Notes under the pieces: model-generated
The model's database searches: none
What the model was told of the DNA's origin: nothing
Seen by the model: the letters and a program-made list of their open reading frames with translations, nothing else
Position numbers and translations under genes: made by a program
From: Alloascoidea hylecoeti
Taxonomy: Eukaryota
Assembly: GCA_001600815.1 (NCBI GenBank)
Contig: BCKZ01000010.1
Location: 681,506 to 745,505, forward strand
DNA length: 64,000 bases
Reading direction: 5' to 3'
Part shown: piece after piece, positions 35,831 through 46,869 of the stretch
Layout: each line of letters begins with the position of its first letter
How positions within the stretch are numbered: the stretch's first letter is position 1

Positions 35831-36101
35831 ACAGTTTGTTCTGTATGTTTTTCGTTCAAGTCTCACGCGAGGTGCACGGGTGTTGCACGGGCACGTGTGG
35901 CACGTGGCGATGCTCGAGGGTGGGTGCACGGGTGTTGAGGGTTGAGGGTGGGTGTCGAGGGTGTCGCGTGTTCCAGGGTGGCCCCCCGGACGGCTTTCAT
36001 CCAAACCTAAACCATAAACCTCCGAAAATTTTAAATATAAATAAATAAATAAATCCCATTGTTCTCCTTCTTTTCTTTCTTCTTCTCCATCCATTCCAAA
36101 A

Positions 36102-38735
36102 ATGTCAGAAAGAGACGTCCTCCCAAAAGTAGCAATCCCTTCCCATTATCAGATCTCAATCTTCAACGTAGATTCGGTCGCTGAAACCTTTCATGGTGAA
36201 GTATCAATTGATCTGAATGTCATTGAGACAACCGACAAAATATATCTCAACTATAGAGATCTTAACATCACCCATGCTCACCTGAAAGTTGATGGTGTTG
36301 ATCTTCCTGTTAAATCTATTGATCATGTAAAAGAAAAAGAAACTGTTATAATCAACCTTGAATCTCCTGTTGATCCAACAAATGCTACAATCACTTTAAA
36401 ATATACTGCTATTATTCAAACTAACATGGCTGGTTTTTATAAATCAAAATATAAAGACGTAAATGGAAATGATGCCATCATGTTATCAACTCAATTCGAA
36501 GCCACTGATGCAAGACGTGCTTTCCCATCTTTTGATGAACCAAATCTAAAGGCAACTTTTGATGTTAAATTAACCATTCAAGATGATTGGGTCGGTCTTG
36601 GTAATATGCCTGTTATTGATACAATTTCAAATTCAAACGGCACTAAAACTTTAATTTTTGATACCACTCCAACTATGAGTACTTATTTAATTGCTTGGGC
36701 TGCTGGTGATTTGGAATATATTGAAACTTTTACTGAAAAAACTACACATAATGGTTCAAAAATTCCTGTTCGTGTCTATACTACAAAAGGTTTAATTGCA
36801 CAAGGTCAATTGGCTTTAGAAAATACTTCTAAAATTGTTGATTATTTTAGTGAAATCTTTGATATTGATTATGCTTTACCAAAAGTAGATTTATTAGCCG
36901 TTCATGAATTTAGTCATGGTGCAATGGAAAATTGGGGTTTAATTACTTACCGAACAACTGCTTTATTATATGATGAAACAACAAGTGATGCCAAATATAA
37001 AAATCGTGTTGTTTATGTCGTTGCCCATGAATTGGCTCATCAATGGTTTGGTAATTTAGTTACAATGGATTGGTGGAATGAATTATGGCTTAATGAAGGT
37101 TTTGCAACTTGGGTTGGTTTCACTGCTGTTGACTATTTATATCCTGAATGGAATACTTTTTCAACTTTTGTTACTGATGCTTTACAAACTGCTTTACAAT
37201 TAGATAGTTTAAGAGGTTCTCATCCAATTGAAGTTCCTGTTAAATCTGCTTTAGAAATTGATGAAGTATTTGATACAATTTCTTACTTAAAAGGCGCAAG
37301 TACAATTAGAATGTTAAGTAGTTCTCTGGGTTTACAAACTTTTTTAAAAGGTGTTTCAAATTATTTAAAAAAACATAAATTTGGTAATGCAACAACAAAG
37401 GATTTATGGGATTCTCTTACTGAAGTTTCAGGAATTAATATTAATTCAATTATGAAAAGTTGGATTGAAAAAATTGGTTTCCCCGTTTTATCTGTTGAAG
37501 TAAATGATAATAATAATGATGTTATAATTACACAAGATCGTTTCTTATCAACTGGTGATTTAAAACAAGAAGAAAATGAAACTTTATGGTGGATTCCATT
37601 AGAAATTTCTTCATCAACAATACAAAGTAATGATATTAAATCTTTAAATGATAAATCTTTAACAATTCCAAATTTAGCTTCAAATTTTTTTAAAATTAAT
37701 AAAAATCAAATTGGTGTTTATAGAGTTAAATACCCTGAATCACTTTTATTAAAATTTTCAAAAAATTTATCAAATTTAACAATTAATGATAGAATTGGTT
37801 TAATTGCTGATACAGCTGCTTTAGCATCATCATCTGATGGTTCAACAATTGGTTTATTTGAATTTTTATCTGGTTTTATAAATGAATCAGATCCAATTGT
37901 TTGGTCTGAAATTATTTCAAGATTAAATGAATTAAAATCAGTTTCTTATAATTTATCAATTGAAACTAAAAAAGGTTTAAATAATTTTATTACTAAATTA
38001 ATTACTCCAACTATTGAAAAATTAGGTTGGGATGATATTAATGATGATTATTTAACAACACAATTAAAAGTTGATTTATTAAAATTAGGTGGATCTGTTA
38101 GAATTCCTTCAGTTGTTGAAGAATCATTAAAAAGATTTAATGATTGGGTATCAAATGGTATTCCAATCCATCCTTCTTATAGAGGTACTATATTTACAAC
38201 TGTTTTAATTAATGAACCAACATCTAAAAATTTCCATTTAATTTTAAATGAAGTATTTAATCCATCATCTGTTGATTCAAGAGAAATTGCCCTTGGAGCA
38301 ATTGGTTCAATTAATTCAGAGACTTTAGTTGATGATGCAATTAATTTAATTTTATCTTCGCATCCACAATCTAAATCTTATAATGAAACTGAAAATGTTC
38401 CAGTAATGGATATTCATTTCTTAGCGATTGCTTTAGGATCGAATTCATTAGCAAAGGAAAAAATTTGGTACTATATTAAAGAAAATTGGGATATTATTTA
38501 TAAATTAATGTCTACAAATATGGTTGTTTTGGACCGTTTTGTTAAAGTTACTTTGAAACAATATAATAATAGTAAATTTCATGATGACATCGAAGAATTT
38601 TTCAAAGATAAGAATAATTCTGGATATGAAAGAAGTCTTAAACAAAGTCTTGATGTTATTAAAAGTAAAGAGAATTGGATTAAGAAAGATTGGAAGAGTG
38701 TTGAAGAATGGTTTATTTTAAACAAGTATACCTGA
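36102..38735 (+). CDS. APE2: M1-family zinc aminopeptidase (Ape2/Aap1-like)
   Basis: TQFEATDARRAFP, GAMENWGL, HELAHQWFGNLVTM..W..LWLNEGFA, ERAP1-like C-terminal domain. Confidence 0.92.
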   Translation: MSERDVLPKVAIPSHYQISIFNVDSVAETFHGEVSIDLNVIETTDKIYLNYRDLNITHAHLKVDGVDLPVKSIDHVKEKETVIINLESPVDPTNATITLKYTAIIQTNMAGFYKSKYKDVNGNDAIMLSTQFEATDARRAFPSFDEPNLKATFDVKLTIQDDWVGLGNMPVIDTISNSNGTKTLIFDTTPTMSTYLIAWAAGDLEYIETFTEKTTHNGSKIPVRVYTTKGLIAQGQLALENTSKIVDYFSEIFDIDYALPKVDLLAVHEFSHGAMENWGLITYRTTALLYDETTSDAKYKNRVVYVVAHELAHQWFGNLVTMDWWNELWLNEGFATWVGFTAVDYLYPEWNTFSTFVTDALQTALQLDSLRGSHPIEVPVKSALEIDEVFDTISYLKGASTIRMLSSSLGLQTFLKGVSNYLKKHKFGNATTKDLWDSLTEVSGININSIMKSWIEKIGFPVLSVEVNDNNNDVIITQDRFLSTGDLKQEENETLWWIPLEISSSTIQSNDIKSLNDKSLTIPNLASNFFKINKNQIGVYRVKYPESLLLKFSKNLSNLTINDRIGLIADTAALASSSDGSTIGLFEFLSGFINESDPIVWSEIISRLNELKSVSYNLSIETKKGLNNFITKLITPTIEKLGWDDINDDYLTTQLKVDLLKLGGSVRIPSVVEESLKRFNDWVSNGIPIHPSYRGTIFTTVLINEPTSKNFHLILNEVFNPSSVDSREIALGAIGSINSETLVDDAINLILSSHPQSKSYNETENVPVMDIHFLAIALGSNSLAKEKIWYYIKENWDIIYKLMSTNMVVLDRFVKVTLKQYNNSKFHDDIEEFFKDKNNSGYERSLKQSLDVIKSKENWIKKDWKSVEEWFILNKYT

Positions 38736-38852
38736 AGTTGTAATTAGTTAGTTCGTTAGTAATATCACATGACAGCCCACGAGACCTCTTACTTTTATTT
38801 TAGAAGTTTGCCAACTCACGTAAACAAAACATTTTAGAAAAAGCCGTGAAAA

Positions 38853-39766
38853 ATGGAAGTCCACCCCCCTGTTCTTGAGTTTCACTGTATGTTGTCAAAT
38901 ATCCTCACTTCTCTCGCTAGATGCTAACTTGGAACAGCCCCTTTGAAAGAAACCTCAACAAAGAGTTTAACCCTTACAAACACCTCTGGATCTACCCTGG
39001 CCTTCAAGGTGAAAACCACTGCCCCTAAAACGTAAGTCCTCATCCATTTTGATTATCGCTCCATTATATTCTAACATTCTTATTTAATTTTGATTTTAAA
39101 AGTTATTGTGTTCGTCCAAACTCGGCTTGTGTTAAACCTGGTGAAAAAATAGAAATCGGCATTACCCTTCAAGGTCTAAAAGCCGAACCAGAACCATCCT
39201 TTAAATGTCGTGATAAATTCCTACTGGTTACTTTACCAATTGCTGATGGTCAAGTTATTGAAAATATATCAAGTGTTTGGAAGGAATTGGAATCTTCAAC
39301 TCCAAAAGATAGAATCGTGAATACAAAAGTTAGAGTAAACTATAAAATTGATCCAACATTAAGCAATCTATCTTCAATTGGTGAAAAAGCAGAATTAAGT
39401 CCTGTTAGTCCAAATGGAATAACAAGTCCTTTGGTATCTGCATCACCTAATTCTTCCCCTGTCACTGCTCGAAATATTAATAGCGCTACTACACCAACCA
39501 CTACTGGCAGCCCTATCAAAGTAGCTCCTGCAAAACCTGTCCTTACTGGAAATTCACCTGCTCCTTCAAAGCCTCTCGAAAAGCAACCTGCTCCATCTCC
39601 AGTCGAAAAGGCTCAAATTCCAAAGAATACTGCACCGGTCGCCATTCCAGTTCATGCTACCGGTATTGAAAATGGTACTGTAACTTCTGTTCCAAGCGGA
39701 GTCCCACTCCAGATCGTTGCCTTAATTGCTTTTATATCATTTTTGATAGGTGTTCTTTTCTTTTAA
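38853..39766 (+). CDS. SCS2: VAP-family ER protein Scs2; exons 38853-38886, 38938-39031, 39103-39766
   Basis: Splicing rebuilds the MSP signature AFKVKTTAPKTYCVRPN; CRDKFL; C-terminal TM anchor. The second intron uses an AAG acceptor. Confidence 0.92.
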
Positions 39767-39816
39767 ACTTAGATTTAATATCTTTATCAAAATCAATTTT
39801 TTTTTTCTAAATTTTA

Positions 39817-39832
39817 GTGTGTGTGTGTGTGT
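39817..39832. repeat. (GT)n microsatellite
   Basis: GT dinucleotide run of about 8 units in the SCS2 3' region. Confidence 0.8.
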
Positions 39833-40904
39833 GGAAAAAACAAAAGATAAAATAAAAATAAAATAAAAATACAAAATACAAAATGAATCAAGTTTCTTTA
39901 AATTTGCAAATGGTTGGTTTCTAAGTTATTAATTTAATTTCTTGAGGTATAGTTTTAATTATATATATTGTCATGATCATGTTCACTCGTAATTAAAAGT
40001 CTCGTATGTCCTATACTAATTATGAGGTAACAAGTATAGCTATATAAACTAAATTTAACTACAATCCAAAAATATCAGTAGTTAAAACAATAGCTGAATA
40101 AGCAGCGGCGTGTTTTGTTTTGTTGCGATTGGAGAAGCTGAAGAAGACAAGCCTCTAAGTTACATTTAAGGAAGTTGGGGTTGCAATTGTGATTGGTGGA
40201 TCAACTGCAACGGTGGCATACCAACTTGAATTAATCCTAATCTCCTCATTAATAACAATAGAAGTATAGAAAGTCATTTGTTCAACAAAACTTTGATATT
40301 TTTTCTTTTAGAAATAAATTGACAGTTTCTTCATCTGCCGTAAAAGTTTCTGTGAATTTTTAGTAATTCGGTTGGAAGTTTAATGTGTAGATTAATAAAT
40401 TCATTCAAAAGTACCTTATAGATCAACAGATGCAAAACTTGTAAAGGAGCCCAGCGATTATTTACTGGTATATTTTAAGATGATGTAGTTTATAATTATA
40501 ATACATGGATGAGAAAAATTAGATAATGCAACTTCAAATAACACTTAAGCTTGCATGTCACAATATAAAACAATATATTGGAGTCAATTTTGGCAGTCTA
40601 TTTGAAATATAGTAATATTGTCTATATATAAATTGCAAATTGCAATAGATATCGATTATGAGAGAAATTTTAAAATATACCTAATATATAGCTAGTAATA
40701 TACGAATTAATAACTTATGTCAATTTAAAAATTAGTGAAAAATTAGTGGAAAATTATAGCAAGAAATTGAATTAAGTGGAGGAAAAATCAAATTTATAAT
40801 ACATATTAGTAGCAATAATTTTAATAGTGCTTTGATATTTTAAGAATAAAATTAAAACTTTTAGAGAATTCAACACTTCATGAGATTCAAATGGTTTCAA
40901 AAAT

Positions 40905-40995
40905 GAAAATGAAAAATGAATAATGAGAAATGAATAATGAATAATGAATAATGAATTATGAAGAATGAAAATAAATATTAAAAATGAAGAATGAA
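40905..40995. repeat. Degenerate (AATGAAT/AATGAA)n simple repeat
   Basis: Repeated aatgaat/aatgaa units in intergenic DNA. Confidence 0.7.
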
Positions 40996-41124
40996 AATAT
41001 ATCAAAAAACCCACTTAGTTAATAAAAGTTGAAGTTTTATTGCAAAATCAGAACAATAACTTCATATATGAAATTTAATACAGTATAGGTTCAACCAGAA
41101 GTAATGTAAAATATGAATATGATT

Positions 41125-43200
41125 TTATTGTTGCTTCTCTTTTGAATTCGAGTGCAAAGCTGGAACAATAACTTCATATACGGCAGTATTTGCTTTCACA
41201 TCTGTTCTATCCTTTTCAACATGTAATTGGATAGACAATGAATCTTTAAAAATGGGATATTCTACTGTAGAAGAGCCTGATCCAGGAGAATTTATATAAA
41301 TTCCTTCCTTAATGTTATTTTCATTGATATTTGAGGTATTACTTGATCCTATAAATGATGACCAAACAGGACCTGATGGTTTAGTTTTAAGTTTAATATC
41401 TAGTTCATCAACTTTTACTATTGAACACCAATTTCGACGATTCATAAATTTTGTAGTATTTCTTTTTGTACTATCAACATCTAATTTAAAAATATTTTCC
41501 AAATCTTCATCAGTGTCTTTAGTAAAATGATGAATTTTTGATCTTTTTTGCATAAGAGTTGCTAAAGCATTTGGTGGTGGAGTATTAACAATTGCAGATG
41601 TTATGACATTTAACATAAATTTCGAATCTGTTGCTGGATTTGAAGCAGTTTTAGAATCTTTAGAATAAAATTTACCAATTGCACATAAATGAACATCACC
41701 AGATAGAATTGTTATTCTAGTTCCTGTTCGTTCAGTTAATAATTGCAATTCTTTAACAAACCAATTTCTTTCAGTTTTATGGTTTCTTGCACACCAATGA
41801 TCATCTAAATCATCTAATAATTCAACTGATCCATCAAATTCATTAACGAAACCTTTTAAAATTATACCTTTTTTTGATAACCATTTTATTGGTGCAACTA
41901 ATCTACTACTTAAAATCCATTCAAGCCAAACTAAACGAGGATAAGCAATTGGTACACCAAGCATAAGTAATAAATGTTTAATTTCGCCATTGGATTCTTT
42001 TATTTCGGTTTCAATTCTTTGAAAAAATCTAGCATAAGTTGGAGTTGTACAAATTTGATTATGTTTTCTTTCAGTTCTACAATCAAGACCATAAAATGCT
42101 ACTTCTTTGCCTAATCTTGCATAGATCGATCTTGATTGTTGATGGATATAAGGACCTTTATGTGGTGATAATATGAAAGACGGTTCTTTTGTTAAGTCTT
42201 CGTCTAATGAAACCTGTTGTTGAAATAAAGAATAATATTTAAAAGCAACTTTACCAATTCCTTGAAAGACAGGAGATGACATTGTATGATTATGATAAGA
42301 ACCATACCCATCAATTATATCATGGTCATCAAATATATTAATAGATGGAATTTGAGCAAAAGCAACTGGTAGTAACGATTGTAAAGTTGAGCTATTTGCA
42401 CCTTTCCAATATCCTTGTCCAAACCATGCTATATAATGTTCTAAATAATAATGATTTAATTCATTTTCAAATTCGTCTGTAAATTTGGTTTGTAATTTCC
42501 TTATTTTATTATGACCTTTTGCCCATTTTCCAATATTTTCACCACCAAAGATTTTAACAGAATCACAATAGATTTGATCACCACCACCAAGCATTACATG
42601 ATAATGTTTTTGTTCATGTTCACGTAATACATCTAACCACATTGATCCTTTAAATGTTTTTGTGTCAACAGCAAGTGAAAATCCATTACACGAATGCGTC
42701 ATAATATTCATTGTTTGATCAATAGCGGGTACATAAAATGTAAACAGATGCGCCGGGTCGTAATTGATAGAATAAACAATTTTTAATTCATACGGCTTCA
42801 TTGCAATTTTTAAGTAAAATCGCCAAAATGTATAATTTTCCTCTTGAAATATCTTTTCGGCCTCAATGTCGCCGTTTATTGTAGATCCCCGGCGACTTTT
42901 TGTTTGTGTAGAAGGTCCCACTCTAAATTCGAATTGAGGAGCCCGGGAGTAATCCGAGGTTCTATCATCCGTGACAATTAACACAGAAGCTTGATAGATA
43001 TTTGAGGCTTCCTTCTCTTTCATGGCTATGAATCTAAGTAGCGGACCACATTTTATATTTAACGGCGGCGTACCGGAAGGTTGAGTTTCTGGAGGCCTAA
43101 TGGGGAAAATGACTTTTGAAGCGATTTTCTCATAGTTATCTATGGCATGTTGTGGGGGATGAAACCACGAATAATTGGATGAACTATGATTCGTAACCAT
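41125..43200 (-). CDS. PhoD-like metallophosphoesterase family protein (YGR266W-like)
   Basis: CGPLLRF, HSCNGFS, HVMLGGGDQIYCD, IFDDHDIIDGYGSY, GLDCRTER, LSGDVHL. Confidence 0.85.
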   Translation of the reverse strand: MVTNHSSSNYSWFHPPQHAIDNYEKIASKVIFPIRPPETQPSGTPPLNIKCGPLLRFIAMKEKEASNIYQASVLIVTDDRTSDYSRAPQFEFRVGPSTQTKSRRGSTINGDIEAEKIFQEENYTFWRFYLKIAMKPYELKIVYSINYDPAHLFTFYVPAIDQTMNIMTHSCNGFSLAVDTKTFKGSMWLDVLREHEQKHYHVMLGGGDQIYCDSVKIFGGENIGKWAKGHNKIRKLQTKFTDEFENELNHYYLEHYIAWFGQGYWKGANSSTLQSLLPVAFAQIPSINIFDDHDIIDGYGSYHNHTMSSPVFQGIGKVAFKYYSLFQQQVSLDEDLTKEPSFILSPHKGPYIHQQSRSIYARLGKEVAFYGLDCRTERKHNQICTTPTYARFFQRIETEIKESNGEIKHLLLMLGVPIAYPRLVWLEWILSSRLVAPIKWLSKKGIILKGFVNEFDGSVELLDDLDDHWCARNHKTERNWFVKELQLLTERTGTRITILSGDVHLCAIGKFYSKDSKTASNPATDSKFMLNVITSAIVNTPPPNALATLMQKRSKIHHFTKDTDEDLENIFKLDVDSTKRNTTKFMNRRNWCSIVKVDELDIKLKTKPSGPVWSSFIGSSNTSNINENNIKEGIYINSPGSGSSTVEYPIFKDSLSIQLHVEKDRTDVKANTAVYEVIVPALHSNSKEKQQ

Positions 43201-43329
43201 ATCTGGTTGAAGCGCGGGGATGTGATCAATGTTGTGTCTCGGGAAAAATGGGAATAATTGGAAAACGAAAGAGAAAAAGGAAGGTTTAAACTTTTAAATA
43301 TATTCATGACGACCAATTACAGCTAGCAA

Positions 43330-45888
43330 TTACATAATTATACATTTCTCTCTATCTTTCTCTTCCTTCATATGCACAGATGCATACGGTTTACCAGCTG
43401 CATTCACGAAGGCATGCATGTGTTGTTGTCGTAAAATTGCTTGTTTGTATCCGTTGTTTGCTGAAAGCGTATACCATTTCTTACTTTGACTTAAATTTGG
43501 AAAGCATCCCACTCCTCTTTCATACATCCGAGCAAGCAAAAATTGAGACTTAGCATGTCCTGCAATTGCACATCTTTTAACCCACTCAAACGCTTTTAAT
43601 TCGTTTCTTGGTATATACCAACCAGCCACCCAAACCATTGATGAAATATCTCCTGCTAACCCAGCTTTTGTATAATACTTCAAACTTTTTCCTGGATTGA
43701 CATTCTTATAATACTCCCCTAGTCTTTTTGAAGCTTTTATATATCCTAAGTCTGATGATTTTTGGTATAATGATAACGAGTAATCCATATTCTTTATAAT
43801 AATATCTTTAAATCCACTTTCATAAATCAATCCAAGCTGATATGGCGCTTCGGAAGTAATGGTGGTTGCAGTTTCAGAAGCTCTTGTTAACCATTTAATA
43901 CCTTCTTGTTTAGTTGCAATTGTTTCTTTAAATCCCATCTGACTATAAAACATTTTTAATCCAAGCCTTAGCATGGCTGATGAATGTGATTGGCTTGCCG
44001 CCAATCTTAAAAACTGTTGGAATTTATTAACATTAGCAGATACACCATATCCATTTTCATAACATAATGCTACTCTAAAACATGCTTCTGGGTGCCTTTT
44101 TTCAGCAGCTAGATTAAACCATTTAAAAGCCTCTTCTTGATTATTCTTTTTATCGGTAAGCATACCAGTTGAATATGCTTCACCTAATAAGTATTGGGAA
44201 TCAGTATGGTTTTGTGTTGCTGATTTTCTTAAATATTTATAAGCCATTTTAAACAATTCATTAATTTCTTCAACTCTTTTTTCATATTCAACTGTATCAA
44301 AATTATAAAAATCTTTCAAAGTATAACTGTAGTTTGGGTCTCTATGCTCCAAATCGATTGCTGAAGTAGAAACTGAATATCCATGTGATCTCTCATATCC
44401 TTGGTCAATTGGTGATTTTGGGAAAATATCATGCTCGTTAATATTTAGGAATAAGTCGTCTGAAGTTGGTCGTTGCAACGTATCAGAACTATCAAAATTA
44501 AAAGTGACTTTTGCATTCGGGTACAGTCTATTTAAATCTTTGATTGACTTTGTTGGATGTGATATCATAATATTACTTGTTGATGAATCCGTTGATTTTC
44601 TTAAATTTTCTGGATCTCTACGATCAGAGGCAGCTGCAGAAGCATTAGACCTTGGACTCGTATTATTGTTATTCTGTTGTGATGCAGTACCAGTTGAAGT
44701 TTCAACATTGCAATTGATATCAAAATGAATTTTAACTGATAGTTCAATTTTATATTTTTCTGTTAATGCAACATTTAAGATATAACATGAAAATTGGAAT
44801 AAAATCTCTGGATCTTTTATTCTATCAGCATTCTCTTTATACAACAAAATTGTTTGTAATCTTGGTAATAAAAGATTTGTACCAGCTGGAGAAGCGGCGA
44901 TAGTATTATTACTAGCTATATTTTTACTTGTCTTTTCAAAGCAATTATATAGATAATCTTGGCTCAAATCGCATGCTGAAACTGGTCTAGTACGTTTTGA
45001 TGGTAATGGAGAAGTACGAGGAGATATGTATGGTGATTGTCTATTGGGATTAAACTCTGTTTGAAATTGTAATTGTTCATGTTGTGATTGACCTGCGCGA
45101 GACTTTTGCAATTCACTGCAGCTGTTGATAACCGTGTAATTCTCGTCTGCATGCAGATTATAGTCGGGATTATCATGGGGAATTGTTTGATTGTAATCAT
45201 TGAATGGAACATTTAAAAAATCTTTTTGGTCAGCAACAGAGCTCTTATTTAGAGATGTCTGAGGAGTGGGAACTTCGATCGACGTTTCAGAGTATGCAGT
45301 TTTTGGAGTAGCGTATGTGCTTGTAGTTGGGGTTGTAGTTCCAATAGTACAAGAAATACTTGTTAAAGTTGTTGTGCTTTTGTCATAGCTGGGATCAATA
45401 GAAATTGTAATTGGAGGTGGAGGTGGAGCGCAAAGAGGAGGTGGCAGAAATGGGAGACCTAGATCTTCGTCTAGATTTTCTTTCAACTTCGATTTATCAA
45501 TATCATCATCTTCATGAGTAAAAGATTCTTTTGGGTCTGGATTAGTTAAATAGAAATTTCTCTTAATATGCCTTGAACTAAGAGTTGTAGGGCTGACAAT
45601 GGATTCAGAACTAGTACTATACTTTGATTCTCCTGAAGGAATCCTTTCAACAAAAGAAGAAAATTTTGAATAATAAGGTAGATAATTAGGTGTCGGAGTT
45701 GGACCTGAAGAATCTGATCGTGAAGTAATTGCTGAATAAGTTGAGCTTGATTCTGAACATGATGTGTCTGATTTATTAATAAAAGTTTTTTTTGGTTCTG
45801 GTCTTAAATTAAGAACAGATGATGCTCTTGAAAAGGACATGTCCGAGCTCGATTCATAATCATAATTATCAATATCTGTATAATTCAT
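43330..45888 (-). CDS. SKT5: Chitin synthase III activator Skt5/Chs4 (Sel1 repeats, CaaX)
   Basis: TI.LYKENA....DP...FQF block, multiple Sel1-like repeats, C-terminal CIIM prenylation motif. Confidence 0.8.
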   Translation of the reverse strand: MNYTDIDNYDYESSSDMSFSRASSVLNLRPEPKKTFINKSDTSCSESSSTYSAITSRSDSSGPTPTPNYLPYYSKFSSFVERIPSGESKYSTSSESIVSPTTLSSRHIKRNFYLTNPDPKESFTHEDDDIDKSKLKENLDEDLGLPFLPPPLCAPPPPPITISIDPSYDKSTTTLTSISCTIGTTTPTTSTYATPKTAYSETSIEVPTPQTSLNKSSVADQKDFLNVPFNDYNQTIPHDNPDYNLHADENYTVINSCSELQKSRAGQSQHEQLQFQTEFNPNRQSPYISPRTSPLPSKRTRPVSACDLSQDYLYNCFEKTSKNIASNNTIAASPAGTNLLLPRLQTILLYKENADRIKDPEILFQFSCYILNVALTEKYKIELSVKIHFDINCNVETSTGTASQQNNNNTSPRSNASAAASDRRDPENLRKSTDSSTSNIMISHPTKSIKDLNRLYPNAKVTFNFDSSDTLQRPTSDDLFLNINEHDIFPKSPIDQGYERSHGYSVSTSAIDLEHRDPNYSYTLKDFYNFDTVEYEKRVEEINELFKMAYKYLRKSATQNHTDSQYLLGEAYSTGMLTDKKNNQEEAFKWFNLAAEKRHPEACFRVALCYENGYGVSANVNKFQQFLRLAASQSHSSAMLRLGLKMFYSQMGFKETIATKQEGIKWLTRASETATTITSEAPYQLGLIYESGFKDIIIKNMDYSLSLYQKSSDLGYIKASKRLGEYYKNVNPGKSLKYYTKAGLAGDISSMVWVAGWYIPRNELKAFEWVKRCAIAGHAKSQFLLARMYERGVGCFPNLSQSKKWYTLSANNGYKQAILRQQHMHAFVNAAGKPYASVHMKEEKDREKCIIM

Positions 45889-46869
45889 ATTTTTTAATAC
45901 AGATTATGAACTATGAAGCTAAAGAGGGATAGATTATTTAAAGGTTGAGTTTATATAATAGTAGATTCTGTATTCTCAATCAGATCTAGAAGGATAGACA
46001 GAAAATGAAGATATTTATAATGCATACGAGAATACCTTATCCTACTAGCAACATAATTCGGTTATATTTAGCAACTAAAAATATTACTAATATTGTTATG
46101 AAAACCACGGGGAAAGTGTATTCTTCAATTATCATTTGTGGGCATAGCTGGCAGTATTAGTGTCATTCTAGGTTACAAACATTAATATTAATATTTATAC
46201 CCTTGCATGAACTTATAATTATTAATACTTTTGACTCAAATGAAACTTATTTAGCCATTCTCTAAATATCGCTATAAAATAGTCATTTTAAATTGATAAT
46301 CGTAAGCATTAAAATACGGTATACTTTTCCATTTCTTATGAAGGTTTCAAGATTAATCGATGTCTCAAATAAATCGTGACCAGTGATAACACAATGCTGA
46401 AAACTATGGGATATATGAACGCAAGTAGATCTACCCTGCCATAGCCCCTTATAGTTATTATGCTTGTTCTCTGATTATCCGAAGGGAACAGCAAATATCA
46501 TGATTAACATTTCTCTTCTATTTTGAGGAGGGTAGTGGCAGTGCCAAGTATCAAGTAGTCTATAGCTATCGTTATGTATATGAATAAGTTATAGAGTTAA
46601 ACAGAACTTTGTTGTATTAGGATAAATGCAATTGAGATCTCAATTTTCAGGAATCTGCAACAACATACTAGTACTACCACTGTTTACTTATTGGATTCAA
46701 TTTCAATTGAAAATATATCATCTTAATACGTTCTACAGCTATTTTTATACTAAATCATGGCGCTTTGGCATTGGAAAGCACCCCCAAAATATGCTAGCGT
46801 AAAACTTAATTTCTTTTTAGCTACACTTACAATTCAAAGAGGAAGATGATATAGCTATAGTAGAACACA

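Noticed and set aside
35831..36094. N-terminal extension of the PA-RING ORF to 36094
   Set aside because: It would run through the divergent promoter to within 8 bp of the APE2 ATG; the signal peptide begins at 35830.
40060..40280. Coding-like minus-strand fragment resembling a GPI-protein tail
   Set aside because: Interrupted by stops, no start codon, no identifiable family.
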